Below are positions 54,000 through 64,000 of a DNA stretch of 64,000 nt, piece by piece. Under the pieces are notes generated by a model. It was not told where the DNA came from. It saw only the letters and a program-made list of their open reading frames with translations, and did not search any database. Made by a program: the position numbers and the translations under genes. The stretch spans positions 80,414,001 through 80,478,000 of the forward strand of contig OX597815.1 in the NCBI GenBank assembly GCA_951406725.2, written 5' to 3'. Within the stretch, counting starts at the first letter, position 1. Every line of letters starts with the position of its first letter. Source of the stretch: Octopus vulgaris. Taxonomy: Eukaryota.

Positions 54000-55780
54000 A
54001 CCCGAAGAAATAGTCTCGTTTCGTTCTGCCAGAATTAATCCACTACTATGATTAAAGATGACAGAAAAAAAATCGAAGATGTTAGACGTTATACTACACA
54101 GAACCACGATACCCACACTATCTCAATAAAGCACGGTACATCTTATTGAGGAAACAAAACGAATAAGTGAGCGCCAAATACATGACTCAGTTTCATTAGT
54201 GAATATAAAGGGAATTATAATAAAGACTAAGTATGTGCCAGAAACAGAAACGGAGCTACAAGTTAAAATAATATAAATATAGAGTTAAACAAAATCGATT
54301 AACTACGAGCAGGAACGGAACCTCACAGAAATTAATGAAAGCAGCGCGACATAGTCCTGTTTACACAAAACATATGTGCTCCCATATCAGAAACCAAAAA
54401 CAATATATGGGTGCCAAAACACGACGAAAATATCATGACAGAACTTAACATATACGGAGAGAACGAAGACACAAAGAAAAAGAAGAAAGCCCTCCTCAAC
54501 GATGTTGCTCAAACAAGTATCATTGGAAACACCCAAAATATAAGAAAACTATAAGAAACAGAATAAAGGGATACACATTGCCAATAGATATAAATTGATC
54601 TCTGTCAGCAACGGAGGAAATCTACCAGAATTAATAAAGAAAATAAAAGAGACCACAAATAAAATCGATAAATAGATTAAAAGAAGAAAACCTTCCCACG
54701 TTACGAATAAACAAGCATCTCCAGGAAATTATAGCCAAATGCAACAAAGACCGCCAAGAAATCCTTTTCACAGAAGCAATCCCGAACATCAATGGGATAA
54801 ATGATGAAAGATCTATCTTTATGTAGGTCTGCTAAAGTAAAGAGGAAAACAATTAACCAAATATTAAGAAAATATAATATCAATAAAAAAGCAAGATATA
54901 ATCGAAGAAAAAAGCTGAAACAGCTCAAAATTATTGCAAAAAACTGTCTTTGGAAAACGTATGTGCTTCTTTCACGAGAACAAGTTATTTGAGACAAATG
55001 CTAAAACATTCTACCACGGCATCAATGAAAAGTAACATAAGACTGGATGACGCTCGACATCAACAGAAATCTAAACATTGATATAAAAGAAAATATTCAG
55101 CTCAATCAAAGTACAAATGAATTAGAAAGAAGAAAAATGCATTTGGACTACAAACGTGCTCGAGCATTACTAGCAGGAAATTCAGCAAGTCAATATTAAC
55201 GGATTGCTATAAGCTGACTAAAAAATCTACCAGCATTCATGAAACTGAGACGACAACGTTCACGAAATTAATAAATATACCAGGTTACCAGAGGCGAAAA
55301 GGATATTAAATCCTAAACAAAAATAAAACCCTGAAAATTAAACACCAGGCATTACTAGAGACCAACAAGCTGCTTACCAACACTATGCAAAGTTCTGATA
55401 TCTATACTTTCCAACAGCCGTTAACTTATCTAATAAGTAATAACACAGCAGGGAAGCGGAAAGACTGATGGGGTTAATGTTTGGTTTTAAAAATCTTTAT
55501 AGTTGTCTTGGGTAGTTATTGAAGAGAACAAAAGCAAAAAAGCTCTACGTGGCATGTAATGATTGCTAACAATCATTTAACAATAGATAAGATTGCTGGT
55601 TATTGAAAACATCACCTATAAACACAGCAGATCCAATTCCAAGATATATTTCATTCATACTATAGCATGCTGGAGAACAAACATATACTTTTACGAAAAA
55701 CATCTTATTCTCATACGACAGGAACATTTTCGATGAGGCTCTTTAAACTTTCTACTCTTCTCTTTTGTTTTGAGAGCTTC
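54000..55780 (+). mobile_element. Highly decayed LINE, probably R4/Dong-type (N-terminus to RT)
   Basis: A-rich coding-like strand; RPTSCLPTLCKVL near 55358 (cf. RPITCLPTxYK); many stops. Confidence 0.5.
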
Positions 55781-57119
55781 TATGATTTTAACTGAGATTG
55801 TTAAACGTGTCAAGGTGGAAAACACTTTAGTGTGTAAGCGACAATCAGTTGCCAGTCTACTGCAGTCATGAGAGAAATATAACAACCAATATATTTTTGA
55901 ACCTCTTCTTTTCAAGCGTATCTCAAATGTTGGCATTTATAAACGATTTTAAGCAAATTGTTGGTTAAGTAAAGCAAGAGAATTGAATCAACCACGTCGT
56001 TTGACAATAATCGAGTGGAAGTTGATTATTCAAATAGCTGTTAACCATGACATCGAAGAAAATGCGATTAGTTATGGGATATAACCGCCATCACTCCATA
56101 TAATAGCAACTTTTAAAAAGAGAAATAAAATATATCACAGAATAATTTAGTAAAATATTGTATTAGTAAGTCGTGTGCTAGAAGAGAATACCTATTGGAA
56201 AAGGGATAAATGAAAGTGCAATACTCGGAAACTTCACAGTTAATTGTTGGGCAAATCTTGTACAATGCAGTTCAGTTCTTGGTGGAGGGGAGAAGGAGAG
56301 AGTAAGGAAGAAAGTGAGTGAGAGAGAGGGAGAGAAATAGGGAGAGAGAGGGAGATCTTTGTAAAAAGTGTTCTGGTACTTCTGATAGCTTTCGTCCGGC
56401 GATACCTTCAATGAAATAAATATATTATATAGCCAAAAAATCTAAAGAAAACAGGATTATTATTTATTATGGAATATTTACGATGAATCATTTTTGTGCA
56501 GATAGTAAGGAATGGTTACTTTAGTGTTAATGTCTTTTCAATACATGAAGAAGAATAAATCTGAAAATAATATAAAATTGTAGGGAATGTTTAAAAATAG
56601 AAAACTATGTCAATTAAAGAAGTGAATCAAACTACTTCAAGAAATGTTGCAGAGAAAAAGTAAAAGCGATTAAGGCAGTTATATTTCTAAAATTATCTGC
56701 TAAAAGAATTTACAAATCAAGACAAGAACATGTCTAGTACAAAAAAAGAAAGAGACAAAGAAAGAATATGAAACGGAGGAGTATCAAACAGTAAAAAGAA
56801 TGAAAAAAAGAAGAGAAAAATAAAGGAAACGACCATGAATGCATGAGAGAAATATGACAAAAGTATTACATAAACTTTAAAGAAAAGGAAGATAGAAAGA
56901 TCGATAAAGTAACTGATAGAAATATAAGGGTACGTAAAAAGAAAACGGAAGAGCGAAAAGCGAAATTTAAAGCAGTTAAATGTAAACAGAACTCATGAAG
57001 GCGAAGATGGTGAGCAAAAAGGTTTTACTACTTATTTTTAAGTCTGGTTCTTATTTTGTCAGGTTCTATGGGTTTTTAAGTGGCGGTAGGGCATACTCAA
57101 TCTCACGAATACACGCACG

Positions 57120-57172
<53 letters not shown>

Positions 57173-57209
57173 GCGCAAATACATACACACACATATATAT
57201 ACAATTATA

Positions 57210-57362
57210 GGTTCTGCACAGTTTCCGTTTAACAAATTCATTCACGAAGTATTTATTGGTCCTGGGCCGAAGTAGGAGAGAGTTGGTCAAGGGGCCGCGT
57301 AGCGAGACAACCTGAAAACCAAGCATTTGCGAACAGAAATTCGTGACAACATGGCGATGCCG
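57210..57362 (-). mobile_element. Old SINE family B 5' half
   Basis: cagtttccgtttaacaaattcattcacgaagtatttattggtcctgggc...tcaaggggccgcgtagcgagac. Confidence 0.55.
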
Positions 57363-57600
57363 GTGTCTATATATATGTATGTGTATGAGAGTATGCATGC
57401 ACGCGCAAGTGTATTTATGTATGCATGTATGGTTGTATGTATGTATGTATGTATGTATGTATGTATAACATCAAAAAGATGGAAAAATGTAGTATCGCTT
57501 GCAAAATTCGAATGCCACACCTGCTATATAAAACACTTCGCCAAGTTTTGAATGCCTAAGCAAGTGAACATAAATCAAGAATTTACAACAGGGATCGCAC

Positions 57601-57743
<143 letters not shown>

Positions 57744-58007
57744 AAAGTAAGTTAGAATACCTAATTAATGCACAAGTGTTGGTTATTGCGTGGTTTTATC
57801 CTTAATTTACATGGCAAGAATAAAATAGAAGGAATCCAGAGGCAGTATTCATCAATTGTTAGACATTGTATTATCATAATATAATGTCTAATAACTGATG
57901 AATACTACCTCTGAATTCCCTTCATTTTCTTCTTGCTATTTATACAGAGAGAAAAAGAGGGAAAGAGAAAAAGAGAGTGAAAAAGAGAAAAACAGAGAGA
58001 TGGACTA

Positions 58008-58111
<104 letters not shown>

Positions 58112-59347
58112 ATAGACAGACAGATAGATTACGTTTATCATGTGATAATTTCAGCATTTGATGTTCCTTGTAGAAAACATGTATAACTTGTTACGATTTG
58201 ACAGCTTCGGAAAAACATGCGCAAAGAAGAGTTCCGAAGGAGAAACATTCTGGAAGATAGACTATGAGAAATTGAAAGTGTGGATGTCTTAAGTTGGGCT
58301 TGGAATATTTATGATAATGCTACAGCTTGTAGCCACGCATGGTCGCATTCCAATGACTGAGACGATTGAAAGGATTAAACAATAAAGTATTGAGTACTTT
58401 ACTTAATATATGAATTCATTGTGTGTACCAACTAGCAGCATACGCGCACATACACATACACAATGATGCAAACATAGGCGCATACACACATGTTTATATA
58501 TGAATATACAAATTTATGTACTAATTTTTTAGTTTATGTTTATGTATGCATGAAGGAATCTAGTGTATATTGTTTTGATGTTAACGTAAGCTGGGGTATT
58601 TGTATACAATTATATACTTATATTTTTGTTGGGACATTAGAGTCTTTTTGTTCTTTTGTCTGGGTACCCACAAGTGAGAGTCTTTGTGTGTGTGTGTGTG
58701 TGTGCGTATATGTGTGTGTGTATCTGTGTGTATGTTCATTGTTCTTGTATGTCTATGTAGATATTTTCTTTAGGTATAAAAGGTCTTTTTGTATCCAAAT
58801 ATTTATATATATTTATGTGTGCGAAAAGTAGAGACAGCATATGCGAGTGTGTATATTTTGTGTGAATGCCTGAGTATTATTTTGGATTTCTAGGTGAAAA
58901 GGAAGGGGAGTCGACACTAAACCTTCTGCTTAAGAAAAAGAAAGGAAACAAAGAAGACATAAAGGGAACACAAAAATGAAATAGGAATGATGTACTTCTG
59001 TAGGAATTAACGCAGTTTACGAGATTTTATGACAAAAGATTTCCAGTTGAAAAGGGAGATTATTAACCAGCGAAAGAAAAACTTTCAGTATTTACATTTA
59101 GCAAACTAAAGATGTGCAGGTGGGGAACAAAGTGAGAAACAGTGAAACGATATTACAAACGAAACAGAGAAAGTATGTGAAAATACAGAGGAGAGGGTTT
59201 CAATGACAAAAAAAGTAGTTTGGAGTATGAATCTCAGCATATTTGCATCAGGATATATTTAAGCTTCTTTATATTATCCAATGTATATATACCTGCACAC
59301 ACGCACGCGCGCACCTACACGCACACAAACAACAGCTGAAACGCAGT

Positions 59348-59397
<50 letters not shown>

Positions 59398-60064
59398 TAT
59401 GAGCTACAAAGAACACATGTGTACGGATACGTGTTTATTGTAGTTTGCCCAACTTGAACTATTTTCGATTTCCTTTATTATACCTGTCTAACGTCTCAGG
59501 TTCGACTTGAACACTTCTATGTGGTCTATGTGTTTCGGAAGAAAATTTTAACTATATATCTATATAATTCTATATTCCTACCAACCAAAATTTGCTGCAG
59601 CCAGATCATATTTATTTGTGTAATTATTTATATAACATTTTATTTTAATAGTAAAATATGGAAAAATCAGCAACTAACAAGTGTTAGCATTGCATAGAAA
59701 CAATTGTTGTGATTGGTTATTAAAGCCTGTTCATTCCACCTTGTTTTATATATTTTTATGTAATTTCTGTATACACAAACTGAGTTCCACGTGTATATCC
59801 AGTAAAAAAGAGTAATCCTACATTATGATTGCATATGGTATCCGATGACCATATAACGGCTTTAAAATGCACGATATGAGGTTATTAACCAAATGATATT
59901 AAATAAATAATATATCTATGTGTGAGTGTGTGCGAGTATGTGCGTGTATTAAAGTGTTGTAGTCAAGCAAAGAGTCGAGATGTAAGACTTTTCAGTTTGT
60001 TAAGAAGATACATACATACATACATACATACATACATACATACATACATACATACATACATACA

Positions 60065-60099
<35 letters not shown>

Positions 60100-60109
60100 T
60101 TATATATAC

Positions 60110-61060
60110 AAAATAAGAAAATGGAGAAATACATCGAAATCAAATATCAATTACCAGATAATGCTCAATCACATACTTTATTAAACCACCACATAAGAAA
60201 CTATAAGGTTAAACATAAAAAAGTAGAACAAAACAGTGTACATAAAGGAGTCTACATAAAAGAGTAATGTTATACAATAAGTAGAATATATATAAGAGAA
60301 TATAAATATAAATATAGACTACATCTTACAGCTGTTTCGGCCATGTAGATAAGTATGTCTCATTTTACTCATATTAGCCATTTATGGTAGGTCAATATGT
60401 AGTTATAAATGAGACATTTACAAAAATATCATAAGGCCTCTTCGGAGATTATGTGATACAAATCAGTTTATATATATACCTATATGGGTGTGGGTACATA
60501 CCCATAATACAACATATATATATATATACATATGAGTGCATATACTCATACTCCTATACATATACATAATGATATAAATAATATAAATTAGTAAACATAC
60601 ATATGCTCCACATTCAATGTTACAGTTTTTCAACTTAATATTGTGATAATAAACATACACATATTAATACCTAAATGCAGATATACAGAGATACAGAGTC
60701 AAGAGTACATTATATTAATTCCTACTAATTTCTAAAGTGTCATTAAAGTTAGCATCATTATCATTGTCAATACCATTAATGCTACCAATATCATCATTCA
60801 TATTATTATTAATAACGCTAATACTAGAAAAACAATTTATAGATTCCATTATTAGCAATATAGTCACAATAGTACTACAATACCATGCAAAGTGTTAAAT
60901 ATCCGCATATACATACGAAGTATGAAGTACAAGCATTCAGTTTACACTACATTAGGATCCGTAGTTGCACGTATGTACGTCCGAGTTCAAGTTTGTAATT
61001 TTCCTTATGACATAAATACACTATTGGATTTAAATTTAAATTATCAATGTCTTTCTTACG
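60110..61060 (-). mobile_element. Penelope-type terminal region abutting (TACA)n
   Basis: Contains the hammerhead at 60323-60449 and AATAAA further 3' on the minus strand (~60177-60182); far boundary uncertain. Confidence 0.55.
60323..60449 (-). ncRNA. Type I hammerhead motif with ~90-nt loop II
   Basis: ATCT CCGAAGA GGCC-[~92 nt]-GGCC GAAA CAGCTG T A AGAT; stems I and II perfect; palindromic stem III ACAGCTGT; U4C variant. Confidence 0.72.
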
Positions 61061-61373
61061 GTTGGTTTGTTGAGAGTTGTTAGATTTCTACTACACCAGC
61101 GTGGGCTTGGGAAAAGCTATACCAACATTCGTACACACGCACACACATACACGCGCACATCCGCACATATACATATACACTCTCGTGCACTGTGTCTGAA
61201 AACATTCGCATATACTTATATACACATTCAAATATGCATCTTCGTACTCATACGTATAAGAAAATCATATACATATATATCCAACCATGAATTTACATAT
61301 CCATACAAAAACATACATACACATATATATACATATGAATACATTTCGACATATCCACATATATTTACTAAAT

Positions 61374-61543
<170 letters not shown>

Positions 61544-61551
61544 TGTTGTTG

Positions 61552-61784
61552 AAGGCGGTGAGCTGGCAGAAACGTTAGCACGCCGGGCGAAATGCGTAGC
61601 CGTATTTCGTCTGCCGTTACGTTATGAGTTCAAATTCCGCCGAGGTCGACTTTGCCTTTCATCCTTTCGGGGTCGATAAATAAAGTACCAGTTACGCACT
61701 GGGGTCGATGTAATCGACTTAATACCTATGTCTGTCCCTGTTTGTCCCCTCTGTGTTTAGCCCCTTGTGGGTAGTAAAGAAATA
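61552..61784 (+). mobile_element. Young full-length SINE family A with TSD
   Basis: AAGGCGGTGAGCTGGCAGAAACG...GAGTTCAAATTCCGCC...GTAGTAAAGAAATA; (ta)n-ctgttgt on both sides. Confidence 0.93.
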
Positions 61785-61796
61785 TATATATATATA

Positions 61797-62235
61797 TACT
61801 GTTGTGTCTGGGGAGAGTAAGTTTCTTTTTGTGCCTTATAATGTAACACACACACACACACACACACGCACACATACACACACACATACACAGACATGCA
61901 CACACACACATATATATACATACATACACATGCATACATACATACACACATACATACGTGCATGTATGCATGCATAGGCACACACACACTGACCCACACA
62001 CATGCGCACAAACAAACAAAAAGGAACACAGTGTTAATTACGGACAGAGCCAAGTCTATTGAAAAGGTTGCAAGACGCAGCGAAAATTTTAGGAAAATAA
62101 AAATAAGTGGAAATTTTACCGGTGAGTGTGCTGCATTATAAGGCACAAAAAGAAAATAACTCTCCCCAAACACAACAGATTATGCTTCATTACACGAACT
62201 CATATAAAGAATCTTGCAAACTAAATCCAGAAATG
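61797..62235. mobile_element. Second copy of the 32149-32440 module, inverted stub separated by (CA)n
   Basis: ctgttgtgtctggggagag..ttttgtgccttataatg mirrors cattataaggcacaaaa..ctctccccaaacacaacag. Confidence 0.75.
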
Positions 62236-62879
62236 AAATATATATATATTATAAAAAATTTAGGAGTATTTGAAAATGTAAAATGTTGCAATGGGTGGAT
62301 TATGATGTATGCCGATATACTGGTCGGGAGTCAGTCGAAGATTCTGTATATATCAGAAAAGTTTGATATACATTTTAGATAACATTACTTCGTTCAATAA
62401 TGATTTATGAAACTATAACACGGAAACTCTAATTTCCAAAATGATTCTTTTTTTTCTTAGCTATGATGTGGTATTCAAACTTTATATCTAGTTATTTTAG
62501 AGAAATATTTAAAGAATTATTTTATGCAAAAACATTTTAATTTTGATTATACAATCACGGAATTTCAGAATATCAATACCGTGAAATGATTTAAAAAGAT
62601 ATTTACATAATTCTTATGATAATTTTATAATTCAAATTCATTAAAATTGAAACATATATTGTATGGACATGTAACACTTGTTACAAGAGGGAAATACCAC
62701 CAATTACTAAAAAGATGAAATTAATAACCACATAGTAATAGATATTGAAATGGAGAAGCAACGATTTTTTAATCTATTTATTTGTTTTAATGGTGGGAAT
62801 GTACATCTTCATGAATTATAGATTATAAGTGTACAAATCTATATTGGTGAGATGAGGAATAATATCATGTATACTGTTT

Positions 62880-63010
62880 ATATTAGTTGGGCTGGTTTCC
62901 TAATCTTGATTGTTACTTTCACTGCGTTTCAGCTGTTGTATGCTCGAACCTTCTTCATGTGCCTTGTGTTGAACTCGGTTGTTGTATCGGAATTTCGAAC
63001 CTGACTCTGT
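62880..63010 (-). mobile_element. Penelope-type terminal fragment with decayed hammerhead, related to 1826-1990
   Basis: CAC ATGAAGA A GGTT..AGCT GAAA CG C A GTG at 62961-62920; shared aatttcgaacctg. Confidence 0.5.
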
Positions 63011-63473
63011 ATTCGATCTATAAGGGCGCACAAAGAATATAATACATAATATAAGCGTACATATGAATGTAAGAAGTTATTTGGAGAAATCATATTATTA
63101 AGGTTATAATCATATTATTAAAGTTATATTCCACATTTAAAAAAATGCGCCAACATTATTTGTATTTTGATTACTATTACATATTTTATAAAATTTTTGC
63201 CTCGAAAATTCACTGAAACACACGCACACACATACACACACATACGTGTGTGTGCACGCGCACATACACACACACGCGCGCGGGAGAGAGAGAGCGCATG
63301 CATGCACACACATTTAAGAACAAATACAGACACATGTACATAAATGCACATATGCATAGTTACTGGATTTTATAGGTCTAAAGATTGTGAAAAAAGCGAC
63401 TAACTACGACTGTCGATTCAAATATAATTAAAAATTTCGATAGAGACTTCAAAGTTTGACTAGCAAATACACA

Positions 63474-63521
<48 letters not shown>

Positions 63522-63551
63522 TACTATATAATTTTATATATATATGTATGT

Positions 63552-63635
<84 letters not shown>

Positions 63636-63781
63636 TTAAATTATTAATAAAATAGATGGAAAGAGAGTTTCTGATTCGGTTCTACGTACCGCTATATGTC
63701 CATCAACTTTGAGAATGAGTAAAAAACAGAGGTAAATTGAAACGCAAAAAATCCAAATATGAACGTGAAAATTATACATTC

Positions 63782-64000
63782 TATTGGGTTGGCAACTAAG
63801 TTCCCGCCGTTTTTTTTTTAATTCAAATTTTTTAAGCGGTTAAATAAAAAATAACAACTAATTAATCAATAATGCATTCACCCTTGTTGTTTACAACTTC
63901 TTCCCAACGTTCAACAAGATTTTCAATGCATCGTTGGTAGAAATCACCTGATTTCGACTAGAAAAATTGATCCAACCAAGCTCTCAATTCTGCATCAGTA
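63782..64000 (-). mobile_element. Mariner transposon 3' end, runs off the window
   Basis: TA then TIR ttgggttggcaactaagttcccgcc; minus strand AELRAWLDQFF*SKSGDFYQRCIENLVERWEEVVNNKGECIID*. Confidence 0.88.

Overview
AT-rich, microsatellite-saturated eukaryotic intronic/intergenic DNA, most likely an octopod cephalopod (inferred from recalled Octopus-type tRNA-derived SINE families, not from a search). I recognise no intact host protein-coding gene; nearly all ORFs in the track are microsatellite read-throughs. Recognisable content: three SINE families (20+ copies); decayed LINEs (Tx1/L1, CR1/L2, RTE); two Penelope-like element (PLE) remnants; Tc1, maT and mariner remnants; a long-TIR non-autonomous DNA transposon with an 8-bp TSD; and a young 5'-truncated R4/Dong-type LINE inside a (TAA)n tract. 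Two patterns stand out. (1) About ten minimal type I hammerhead-ribozyme motifs from several PLE-terminus families, some in inverted pairs; the one at 35151-35241 has a canonical core and an unusually long stem II. (2) A (TAA)n insertion hotspot at 47.5-52.1 kb stacking several R4/Dong-type insertions plus a non-coding TAA-flanked element and a 23-nt stub of its 3' end. Both belong to known classes, so novelty would lie in the specific families and architectures. A few repeat-free islands carry splice-like signals (possible UTR/lncRNA exons) but are unproven. Coordinates were read by eye and may be a few bases off at decayed boundaries.
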